This document shows, in pieces, positions 1 through 11,400 of a DNA stretch of 64,000 nt. The DNA comes from Mytilus californianus (lineage: Eukaryota). Below the pieces are notes generated by a model, which ran no database searches, was not told where the DNA came from, and saw only the letters and a list, made by a program, of their open reading frames with translations. Position numbers and translations under genes: made by a program. Position 1 is the first letter of the stretch, and each line of letters begins with the position of its first letter. The stretch lies in NCBI RefSeq assembly GCF_021869535.1, contig NW_026262679.1, positions 90,396,001 through 90,460,000 of the forward strand, given 5' to 3'.

Positions 1-199
1 AGCTGTTAAAGACACATGTTTATTCACGGCAATGGTTCATGAGCTTTCAATACGTGAAGCTGTTAAAAAGCTTTTAAAAACGGGTGGTCAGAGGTTCTGT
101 CATGTAAATGCAAAGGGGGTGCAGCACTTTTTAATGTAAAAACAATAAATTATTTGAATCTGGAATTATTTTGAATTCTGAAAAAGTCTTTGTGCATTT

Positions 200-1215
200 T
201 TAGCTCACCTGGCCCAAAGGGCCAAGTGAGCTTTTCTCATCACTTGGCGTCCTTCGTCCGTTGTCGTTGTCGTTAGCTTTTTACAAAAATCTTCTCCTCC
301 GAAACCACTGGGCCAAATTTAACCAAACTTGGCCACAATCATCATTAGGGTATCTAGTTTAAAAAATGTGTCCGATGACCCCGCCAACCAACAAAGATGG
401 CCACCATGGCTAAAAATAGAACATAGGGGTAAAATGTAGATTTTGGCTTATATCCCTGAAACCAAAGCATTTAGAGTAAATCTGACATAGGTTAAAACTG
501 ATAATCAGGTCAAGATCTATCTGCCCTGAAATTTTCAGACAAATCTGACATCCCGTTGTTGGGTTGCTTGACCCTGAATTGGTAATTTTAAGGAAATTTT
601 GCAGTTTTTGGTTATTATCTTGAATATTATTATAGATAGAGATAAACTGTAAACAGCAATAATGTTCAGCAAAGTAAGATCTACAAATAAGTTGCATGAC
701 CAAAATTGTCAGTCGACCCCTTTAGGAGTTATTGCCCTTAATAGTCAATTTTTAACAATTTTTTGTAAATTTTTGTAATCTTTTACAAAAATCTTCTTCT
801 CTGAAACTACTGAGACAAATTAATTTAACCATACTTGGCCATAATCATTATTAGGGTATCTAGTTTAAAATATTTGTCCAATGACCCCGCCTTCCAACCA
901 TCATGGCCGACTTCGTTAAAAATAGAACATAGGGGTAAAATGCAGCTTTTGGTTTATATCTCTGAAACTTAAGCATTTAGAGCAAATCTGCAGTGGCAAA
1001 AATGTTCATCAGATTTAGATTTATCTGCCCTGAAATTTTCAGACGAATCCGTTGTTGGGTTGCTGCCCCTGAGTTAGTAATTTTACAAAAATTTTGCAGT
1101 TTTTTGTTATTATCTTAGATATCATTATAATATCTAATATCTAATACTATTAATTATGATTTCCAAAGCATCAATAAATACAGGTGAGCGACACAGGCTC
1201 TTGAGAGCCTCTAGT
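200..1215 (+). mobile_element. Non-autonomous Helentron-like element (HINE family 1) with about 1.7 copies of a 500-bp internal unit
   Basis: Starts in a T-run with TTAGCTCACCTG, then a GGCCC-AA-GGGCC hairpin and a (GTC)n microsatellite. Ends with the inverted subterminal CAGGTGAGC (1181-1189), hairpin AGGCTC-TT-GAGAGCCT and CTAGT followed by Ts. The internal unit restarts at 281 and 781. Confidence 0.8.
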
Positions 1216-1286
1216 TTTAGTATAAAATTGTTTTGTCTTCTCTTTTGGTTTTGTGGGTAAAGATTGCAAAAATGCAAAATCCTTAT

Positions 1287-2600
1287 GTCTGTATCGGTAT
1301 ATTTTCTGCCAATAGAGGCACACCTTCAGTATGATGTTAGCAAATTCCATCCACCAGTAGAATATTACAAGTTAAAAGTATCCAATCACCAATAGAATGA
1401 TATACATTGTACTCTATACAATTGTCAGCATATCCCTTCACCAATATCACACAGGTTTATGTTTATAAAATCTAAAAAAAGTCTTAGAATATTGAGAGTT
1501 TAGCAGTCCACACACAACCATTATCTAAGTTAAAATTTAACTTAATTTATTTTCTAGATCTTTTCTGACCTAAATTTTAAAGTTTGTATCTATGTACATG
1601 GAGCTTATATATTAATGTTCTACAAGCAGGCTCTTATGGGTGTTAATAAAAGTATTTAGTTCACTAGCTAAATATATATATATAGTTAGAGAGTTATCAC
1701 AGTATTTCACCAAAGGTATGGGTTGATAATTGCATGGATTAAGTCTACATCTATATCAAAGTTAAGTAGTTCTAGCACTCTGATATACTGTTCTTGTGGA
1801 GATTTCAGAAGAGAAGCTCTTTCAGGTTCTAGTGCCGTACATGAAATCAGAAAATGTGCGATAGTTTCGTCCTCTTTGCAACAGGTTTTACATGTGGCAG
1901 GTACCTCACTGTTATTAAATTTAGTTCTATTTGTCTGTAAGATGTAATTATCAGTTGAAATTCTGGTCCTAATCTGTAATTTGATGATGTCTGACAGTTT
2001 GAGGTATTTGTTGTAAGGATTGGATATATTCTCCTGATCTTGTACTCTCCTGTTATGTATTTTAGACTGGAGTATTCTTCAGAGTCTTTATATATTTATT
2101 TTTGTCAAGCCAGTATGCATTTTCTTTTCTTTTAATTAGGTAAGTATAGGACCCTTATAAACCTTCTAGCTTGGTATCTATATCTTCCATGAGTTGTGCA
2201 TGGTGTATGGATCTATTTGGAATAGTTCAACGACAAATATACAAATATGAGCAAAGTAAGCTAACTCCAATTCAAAATATTGTCTACATGTGTTCTGTTG
2301 CTAAAATATAATATTTTATCAGAATCAAGTTCTATTATTCGTTTATTGACTTGATGGTCTCTAAGATTTATTACACTCTTTTTAAGTTGCTATACAGATA
2401 CAATTTTATATTGAAGTGAAAAAGGGTAAAAAGTTGGTTAATTGAATAAGCTGCTATGGCAGACAGTTTATTAGTATGACCAGAGACATATATACACATG
2501 TGTATATATATGTCTCTGGTATGACCATTCTTAGATGAAAGGAATAAGACACCCGTAGATGAATAATAACACACGTCAGTGAAGAGTTTAGTAAGATCAC
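1287..2600 (-). mobile_element. Decayed 3' fragment of a non-LTR retrotransposon (ORF2 C-terminus plus 3' UTR)
   Basis: The minus strand of about 2000-1710 reads SDIIKLQIRTRISTDNYILQTNRTKFNNSEVPATCKTCCKEDETIAHFLISC...IINPY, colinear with the CCHC C-terminus of the LINE at 26701-27021. Its 3' end motif GGTGTGCCT..ATTGGCAGA plus a GATACA-like tail matches 27470-27517. The upstream boundary is approximate. Confidence 0.65.
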
Positions 2601-2740
2601 AGTGGCTTAATTAGAAAGGTAAATCTTAACAAGTAATATGATTTCATGTCACTTTTTTTGTTGCTTCCATTGGTATAATATGAGTACTCTAGCTGTGACT
2701 ACCTTGTAAGACTTGTTCCATTGTAAACGGGTTTATTCTC

Positions 2741-3003
2741 TTGATTGGTTGATTGATTGATTGTTGGTGTTTAACGCAACTTTCAGCATTATTGGCTATA
2801 TCGTGGCGGCCAGTTTTTATTGGTAGAAGACCCAATTGGCCAGAGAGAACCACCTACCTTAGGCAGGAAAATGCCATCCCAATCAATTAAGATTGGAGTC
2901 GAAAGCACCTGCCACGTACGTGCGGCCTTCGAATCCACAGCCTCAGTGATTACAGGCTAGTGGTAGAGTAGATGAACTACTTACCCTCGGTCATCGTAAA
3001 CCC
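2741..3003 (-). mobile_element. tRNA-derived SINE (V-domain-like), diverged copy
   Basis: Reverse-complement homology to the SINE at 3526-3789, (AATC)n tail, and GGTTTATTC repeated on both flanks (possible TSD). Confidence 0.7.
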
Positions 3004-3525
3004 TGGTTTATTCGAAAGGATGGATAAAATGCTATATTCACTGGGTTAATGAGTCCAATCTAAGAGACCTGGTGTGGCGCTAGCAATAGCGATAACAATG
3101 AGCACTCATATTGTTATAAGAAAAGCTAAATTTTACTCAAAAACATTACAACACAGCTAATGTGCCGTATAACTTATATGTTAATCATTAAAGTTTCCCC
3201 CCACCGCGAATATTCGTATTGTCCATGAAAAATACTGAGAATTTGTACTCACAGCTAGGTAGATGCATCCAAACCGCGTGAGTTCTTTCCTGTGATATAT
3301 AGCTATTATTCCAAAGATAATTAATCATTACGGGGGGGGGGGGGGGGGGGGGGTTACATGAGCACCTTTGAATTCGAATACATTTCAAAAACTGGACATC
3401 AAATGCCATAAAATAATCACTGTACAACTGTTACTTCATTCAACCATGGGCAAAGTTTTTTCCAGACAGAAATTGTAAACATGACTTTCATAGAATAATA
3501 ATAAACTTTCCCGTTCTAAAAGGCA

Positions 3526-3789
3526 GGGGCCTCGGTGGCCGAGTGGTCTAAGTAATTACTACTGTAATTACTAACCAGTCAACACTGAGGTTGTGAGTTC
3601 GAACCCCGCTCATGCAGGTGCACTCGACTCCAATCTTAATTGACTAGGATTGTCAGTTTTCCTATCTAAGGTCGGTGGTTTTCTCCGGGCACTCCGGCTT
3701 CCTCCACCAATAAAAACTGGCCGCCACGAAATAGCCCGAAAGCGGTGCTTAAAAGTGGCGTTAAAACACCAAAAATCAAAAATCAAATC
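3526..3789 (+). mobile_element. Full-length tRNA-derived SINE (V-SINE-like central domain)
   Basis: Pol III A box TGGCCGAGTGG (3536-3546), B box GTTCGAACC (3597-3605), central GGTTTTCTCCGGGCACTCCGGCTTCCTCCACC resembling the V-domain, (AAATC)n tail, and a 10-bp TSD CTAAAAGGCA (3516-3525 and 3789-3798). Confidence 0.85.
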
Positions 3790-3969
3790 TAAAAGGCACA
3801 CTGAAGCATTGAGTTTTTGTTTATATTCAAACTATAGTAATTTTAAATGATTAATTCCAGTGTAATGTACTGTGTGATCGTTGATTCTGATGGATACTTT
3901 TAAAGTATATTATTGTATTTGTTCCACACTTTTCAGCAACGTAGGTTGGTTGATTCACTCGAAATTTAA

Positions 3970-4372
3970 TTGATTTATTGATTATTGGTGTTTAATGCCA
4001 CTTTCAGCACTATTGGCTATATCATGACGATCAGTTTTATTGGTGGAGTAAGCCGGTGTGCCCGGAGACAACCACCGACCTTCGAGAGGAAAACTGACAA
4101 TCCTCAGGGGCGGATCCAGCTATTTCTAAAGGGGGGGTTCCAACCCAGGATAAAGGGGGGGTTCCAACTATATGTCCCCATTCAAATGCATTGATCGTCA
4201 AGAAAAAGGGGGGTTCCAACCCCCCCCCCCCCCCCCCCCTTTGGATCCGCCAATGATCCTAGGCAATTAAGATTGGAATCGGATGCACCCACCACGAGCG
4301 GGCTCGATCTCCGACTCAACCTCAGTGTTGACAGGCTAGCGATACAGTAGATGAACTACTTATACCACTCCG
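3970..4372 (-). mobile_element. Third copy of the same SINE, interrupted by a MITE
   Basis: Reverse-complement homology to 3526-3789 on both sides of 4105-4255. Confidence 0.75.
4105..4255. mobile_element. 151-bp MITE nested in the SINE
   Basis: Imperfect TIRs CAGGGGCGGATCCAG / CATTGGCGGATCCAA, ATCCT duplicated at 4100-4104 and 4256-4260, three internal GGGGGGTTCCAAC repeats and a poly-C run. Confidence 0.7.
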
Positions 4373-5043
4373 AGATTCGACTACCGACACCAACGGAATA
4401 AAATTATATATCTTATTGGGTTGTTTTCCCATGGAATGATGTATATTCTTCATCTCCTTTCATTCATATATCATATAGCCTGCATTGGCCAATGGGTATA
4501 ATTAAAACTAGAGCTGCTAACATATTTACCTAAGAACATTTTATTTCACTTGATTTTATTGAATATTATTTGTTTTAACTTCGAATTATTGATGTTATTG
4601 TCATGTCAAATATGTATGCCCTTTAGTGCCATTAATTGGAATAAAATATTCTACTCCTTCTATAGCTCATGGTACTAATTTTATACATGAAAAACAAATA
4701 TTCATTTATTATATAGCTTTCTATGATGGGTGACAACACATGTCAAATGAATTGACCGTCAACAATTATGGATGACAACCAATTCCCTCTAGTGGGTCGC
4801 TCAGACATTCAAACGAAATTGTGATGTTAATGTTAGTGCTTTTCAATTTCGTACTTTATTTGGCCTTTTTAACTTTTTTATTCGAGCGTCATTGATAAGT
4901 CTTTTGTAGACGAAACGCGGGTCTGTGTGTCTATGATGAAAATTAAATACAGAGGTAGGATCAATTTACCTTGTATTTATAGTGTTAAAATCAGAAACTT
5001 GATAAAACCTACCGGGATTTAAATATTAACGACATCACATGAC

Positions 5044-7488
5044 CTATCCGAGAACAATCCTTCGGAATTTTGGAAATCTGTAAATTTATTAAAGGACAAA
5101 GCGAAGGAAGACCCTAGCTCCAATATTTCACATGATGAATGGTTGAAGTACTTTAAAAATTTAATGAATTTTCAACATTGTAATAATTTTGATGAAAATG
5201 TTAGTAGTATTGATTGTAATAATGATTGTTTAAATGATAGTATTACTGCGAAGGAGGTGTTAAAGGTTGTAAAAGACTTAAAGTTAAAAAAAATCTGCTG
5301 GTTGTGATGGTATAACAAACGAAATGATTAGAGTGTCATGTGGTAAATTAGTTAAAACATATGTGTTGATTTTTAATTTGATATTTAAAAGTGGAATCTT
5401 TCCTTCTATATGGAGATAAAACATCATTAAGCCTATATTTAAAGGAGGGTGTTTTAATGATCCTTCCAACTACAGGGGTATAGCTCTTTCTAGCTGTTTA
5501 AGTAAATTTTTCTTAAAGATATTATCTACCAGGTTAGAGAACTTCCTTGAAACTAACAATATATTACACAAGGAGCAAATAGGCTTTAGGAAAAATAGCA
5601 GAACAAGTGATCACATTTTAACATTAAAAACTCTTATTGACAAGACCTTCAAAAAATCTAAACATCTATACACTTGTTTTGTAGATCTAAGAAAAGCGTT
5701 TGACACAATCAATAGAGATGGCCTTTTTCATAAATTACTAAAATATAATATAAAAGGGTCTTTTTTTAATATTTTAAAAGATATGAACAAAGATGTCTCT
5801 TTCTCTGTAAAATTAAAAGAGGGACTAACACAAACATTTCCATCATGTGTAGGATTAAAACAGGGTTGTATATTAAGCCCTACATTATTTTCATTGTATA
5901 TAAATGAACTGGTTGAAACGTTTGACCACAAATGTGATCCAGCATGCCTAGATGATAAACAAGTGTCTTGTCTTCTTTATGCAGACGATCTAGTAGTAAT
6001 ATCAGAATCTGCATCTGGCCTGCAAAATGCTTTAGATAAATTAAATATGTTTTGTGATAAATGGAATCTATCTGTCAATCTTAATAAAACAAAGATTATA
6101 ATATTCAATAAAACAGGAAAAATTATTAAAAAACACAATTTCTATTATAATGGAAAACTACTAGAGCTGACTGATGAATACAAGTATCTAGGTATAATTT
6201 TTAAACCATCTGGATCTTTTACTACAGCAATTGATCAGTTATCTAAAAAGGCTAGCAAAGCTATTTTTTGTATTAGAAAATTATTATATTCTGAAAAGAT
6301 GAATTTACTACCACATTTAAAGCTTTTTGATTCATGTGTTAAACCTATTTTATTATATAGCAGTGAAGTTTGGGCTACCGTTAGTTTAGTGAAACAAAAT
6401 ACTACCATCGAGTCAAACTATGCAAACTTTAGTCCAAATAAGATTCAAATCAAATTTGCTAAATTTTTATTGGGTGTAAATAAAGGTGCTGTGAATAATG
6501 CTGTACTTGCTGAATTAGGATTATTCCCACTTTCATTGTCAGCCCTTAAAAATACAATTAATTTCTGGATTCATATCATTAATATGAATAGCGAGAGTAT
6601 GGTAAAGAAAGCATACAGTGAAAACTTTAACATGTCTAATGGTTTTTGTAGTAAAATAAAAGTGTTATTAGGTAAACTTGGTTTTCAGCATGTTTGGGAA
6701 AATCAAAATACTATGTCAAAGACAAAATTACTTTTTTCAGTTCAGAAGAAATTAGAGGAGGAATTCATAAAATCCTGGAAACAAGCTCTTTTTTGTGACT
6801 TTAATAAAGATAGTCATGGTAATAAACTAAGAACGTATCGCAAAGTTAAAAATAATTACGAATTAGCTGAAAAATATCTCCTACTGGACCTTAACAAAAA
6901 TGTTATTTCTAAAATGGTAAAAATTAGAATTAGTAATAGCAAATTACTAATAGAAGTTGGTAGATATACTAGAACACCTTTAGAACAGAGAATTTGTCCA
7001 CTTTGCAAGGATGGAATTGAAGATGACTTCCATTTCCTCATTAAATGTAAAGCGTTAGAATTTAATAGAAGTATACTCTTTTGTAATTTAAGTGATATAG
7101 TTCCATCTTTTGTTCATATGTCTGAACAAGATAAATTTAGTTTCATTTTGAAAAGTAATGATACTGACATTTGTACTGTATGTGTAGCTGGAATAAGCGA
7201 TATGTATGATTCGAACATTCATTTAAAGCAAACATAATGTTGTTAAGAACTGTTGTAGTATTAAAGCTTATTGTAATAACTTGAAGTGATAATATAGTAT
7301 GAATAACACCTCCACGCAATGTAGATATAAAATATGTGTCTCTTATCATTGAGAAAACATATCTCTGTATATTTGTTTTTTTGTTTATTTTTGTCTGTTT
7401 TTGTATTTGTATTTTGTAAATGTCAGCTGGTATCATTCCTGTATTGGAATTTACACCAATAAAATTATTTGATTTGATTTGATTTGAT
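5044..7488 (+). mobile_element. 5'-truncated non-LTR retrotransposon (RT plus C-terminal CCHC knuckle; clade tentative, RTE-X-like)
   Basis: ORF 5783-7237 has QGCILSPTLF, YADD and C-x2-C-x8-H-x4-C. Upstream RT motifs (NYRGIAL, QIGFR, FVDLRKAFD) are in frame past one stop (5417-5419) and one frameshift in the A-run near 5290. AATAAA followed by an (ATTTG)n tail at about 7458-7488. Confidence 0.92.
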
Positions 7489-8456
7489 TTATGACATATA
7501 ATATACTTAAAACATTTTTTACGTAATTCAATAACTTCAGATGTTATTCTTTTATTCAGTGTTACATATTGCTGCTATGATATTGTAAATTTTGAATTTA
7601 TTTCAATTATGCACCTTTGTTAATTGGTTTCAGAGAATAAAGTATCGAACTGTCTATCTGTAATGTTTCGAACTCTTTAAACAAAATGAACAATATATAT
7701 TATTTGTATCGGAAAATAATTTTGAGCTTTACTTCAAATTCAACTTTGGTTTTGGTTAAAAATGTCCGGTCTTACACATTTTCTGGATTAATACTAAATT
7801 TGCTTACATTCCATCAAAATTGTAATCTTTCAACTATCTTTTTGCATTTAAAATTTGGTCATACGTCTAGTAATACGCTATGCTATAGTTTCAGCATCAT
7901 CCATACTACACACATCAGTGAACTTCATCATTTTTGTGAAGATTAAAAATTCTTGGAAAATTGGCACTACCTCTAAGTTAATCATTCATAGGAAAGACTG
8001 TCGTCGTCGAGTAAACAAAAAGTCCAACCTATGTGCGTAAAATATTCAAGGAAATAAAACAGGTATAACGACTTAATCTTACACGATGTATTTAACGCTT
8101 TATAGATGTCGTGCGTCCGAAGTAAACCTAAACAAAAATGAAACTTAGGGATATAAAAATACGTAGAATCATTAGGAGCTATATGACTAAAAGGTAATGG
8201 CCAAATTCGTCTACTTAATTTCAACTTTGCGAGAGGAAGTTGGAACCTTCGTATCTTAATAATTTCAAATATCATAGACACAATAGACATTCACAACACA
8301 TGGACACAAAAGATAATGATAACACATTAATCACAACACACAGACACTATTGACACTCGCAACGCACCAATCACAACGCATGGACAAAAAAAGACAATCA
8401 CAGCACAGCAACGCACTATGGTAACGTAGTAGTCCCTGCATTTTAGAGCATCTATA

Positions 8457-11400
8457 ATGTCGTACGAGTGGCTTTTTAGTGATAAGTTTGTTGTAGGAGC
8501 AGCTGCAATTACAGTTGCAGCATATGGATTGTACAGAATATGGAAATGGTGGAGATTTGAAGATGAATACTTCCAGAGAATAAAACACTCTGGTTCACCG
8601 GTTTGTATATACACTTGGAAAATCATTGAACATCTATTTTCATATCTTAAAATTTCAACAATTCCTCCTGTAGGAAGTGACTTATCATCATGGCTCATTC
8701 TAATCAGTCAGTTGTACAGGGCATGCAGTCGATCTGTGTGTTTCAAAACTGGTTCCAATGATCAAAATTAAATATAGCTAAAATGGAACATACTTTACAA
8801 TACTTTAAAGCCGCAAAATCAAGTATTTTCCTATCCGGTATATAGCTACATACTTGTAATGTATTCGTCTACTTATATTCTTGCATGTTGCGATAACAAA
8901 AAAATGCTTACATAATTATGTTTAATTTTCTTTTTTTGTTTTCTTTTTAAGCGGGTAAGAGCACATTTTTCATATGGCTTGATTCTACTATTGTACTCCT
9001 TGTGCGTTTGAATTTATAATAACTGAATATTTAATCAGGATATTGTTACATTTTTCTTATGGTTCACTTATCTGTTCAGCTCTTTCTCGATTTCCCGCCT
9101 AAAACAATCATTCCTCTTCATTTAAAGGAAATGCCGAACCCTAAATAGATTTTTGAAAAAAACCTTTGAGAAGAACTTCCGCATTGTTATGACACCGCCG
9201 TCACCGGAGGGGGCATTAAGTGTTACCCTTGTCCGTCCGTACGTCTGGACGTACACACGTCCCGAAATTGGTTTCCGTTCTCTAACTTTAGTTTGCCTCA
9301 ACCAAATGTTGATAAACTTAAACACGATGCTTATTACCACAAAACACAGATCAAGTTCGAATGTGGGTGGCGTCACTTTTACACGGTTCTCGAGTTATGC
9401 CCTTTTATAACGTTATATGCAAGCGGGGGTATCATCTGTGTCCCATGGACTTCTCCATTTATGTCTTTATCATTTCTAAATATAGGGAAGACCAAAAAAA
9501 TAAAAAGCAAAAAGCAGTCATTTAATAATTTAAAATATGAGAGCTGAGGTCGACTTTTCCATTAAAATGAATTCTGTTGAGAAATCATTTTGATCTTGCA
9601 CTTTTTCCACCACCTATTCTCTGTAATAATACACTCGCTATTGACTCTTGCGTAGCAATTGGGACAAGGAGGCCAATTGCTCCCAACTTTCCAAATAAAT
9701 AGGGGTAAAACTATGTTTATTGCCCTTCCCTTTTCACACACACTCACACACACGCACACACTTCGACAAAATATATTGAAATAAAAAATGAAAAAGAGTA
9801 CACCAGCTTACTTTTAAACTATCTATATGACTAACGAGAATATCATTTTTTTTTTTTGCGCTTATTATTTAAAAAAATGCCTCAGCCCTTTATAAGCCTA
9901 CTCCTACCCCACTGATTGATATCATTCCGTTTAAATAGAGCTAATAAATATAAAATGCAGAAGCGTGCTCTTTTGTTATCCACCAACTAAAAAATGTTGT
10001 ATTCCACTGGTTTATCTCACTGTCTCTGCGTATTAAAAAGGTCAGTAGGGATCATTCCGACAACCAATTGTAGATAGATTGGTACTAGATATAAGAAGAT
10101 GTGGTATGAGTGCCAATGAGACAACTCTCCATCCAAGTCACAATGTGTACAAGTAAACCATTATAGGTCAAAGTACGGCCTTCAACACGGAGCCTTGGCT
10201 CACACCAAACAGAAAGCTTTAGCCTGGGAGAACATGATTTATTGATTCGTTGTAATTGGCTTTGAACAAGCTTTCAACTCTTATATCTGTGCTTTGTGTC
10301 TTTTGTTTATATGTTAGTTGTTTGTTGGATTTTGTGTACATCGTACCGATCTATTCGAGTTAAGCCATTTGTAACTGGTTGTTACAGTTTATTCTTATGT
10401 TGTGCTGTATACTACTGTCCTAGCTTTGGGTAGGGTTGTTAAATTGAGCGCTCACAAACATGTTTAGCCCCGCCGAATTCTGTATGTGCCTGTTTGTCGT
10501 TGGTTCATATCTGTCATATTTGTTTTTTGTAAATTGTTATAAATTATGCCGTAAGTTTTCTCGTTTGAATTGCTTCCAGGTCGGGTCTTTTATAGCTGAC
10601 TTTACGGTATGAGTTTTTTTCTCATTGTTGAAGGCCGTACGGTAACCTATATAATATGCTTATATCTTCCGGCGTCATTGAACTCCGGTGGATAGCTGTC
10701 TCTATGGCAATCATAAATATCAAAAAGAAGAAGATGTGGTATGATTGCCACCAGAGACCAGATGACATAGAAGTTAACATACCACATCTCCTATTTTTGT
10801 AATTCAGTTCGAACAAACAAAATGCTGACTCAGGCCAATTGAGACAATATACATTTTTTTGGGATAAAAATCAACAATATTGAATTTGAAGTGGAAGATC
10901 CGACGTGAAACCTCCGCCAAAATGCGACGTCATGGATAAACTCTACGGAAACGAATTATCAACGTCACAAACACGGCTTTATACAGCCAGTGACCGTATA
11001 AAGCTAACGTGTATATGGTCAATGCATCTTGAGTGCGCAAATATCACAGTTACAGTATAAAATTCGTAAGGGGTTCCGCGGAACCTTATGTCTCGCCTGC
11101 GATTGCTGCTGTCAGTGTAAAAGTGTAATATTGACTTAAAACGTGAGTCAATTTAACAGTAAAATACAGAATTTAAAAAAAAATCTATTTATTTCTTTAT
11201 ATGCTATTTCATGGTCTTGAAGATTAGCTTCTGTCCAAGTTTCATAACAATCCCATGAAAGTTTACAAATTTATCATGTCAAAAAAATTTAAAGCCAAGA
11301 CTGTCTGTAAATGTAAACTGTAAAATAAGTCTATCTATCAGAAATGGTTCCTCACGTGTAATATCAGTCTTTAACAACATGATTTACCCTGTTCAAAGTT

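Noticed and set aside
3331-3353. Poly-G tract (and poly-C at 4219-4239)
   Set aside because: Homopolymer length is unreliable in assemblies and there is no independent evidence of function.
3526-3610. Possible tRNA gene
   Set aside because: The A and B boxes are too widely spaced, and the sequence continues into a SINE body with a tail and TSD, so it is a SINE head.
8601-8771. Continuation of ORF 8457-8771 as a stand-alone 104-aa protein
   Set aside because: A phase-0 donor at 8601 joins cleanly to the GTPase exon at 11916, so the remainder is intron read-through.
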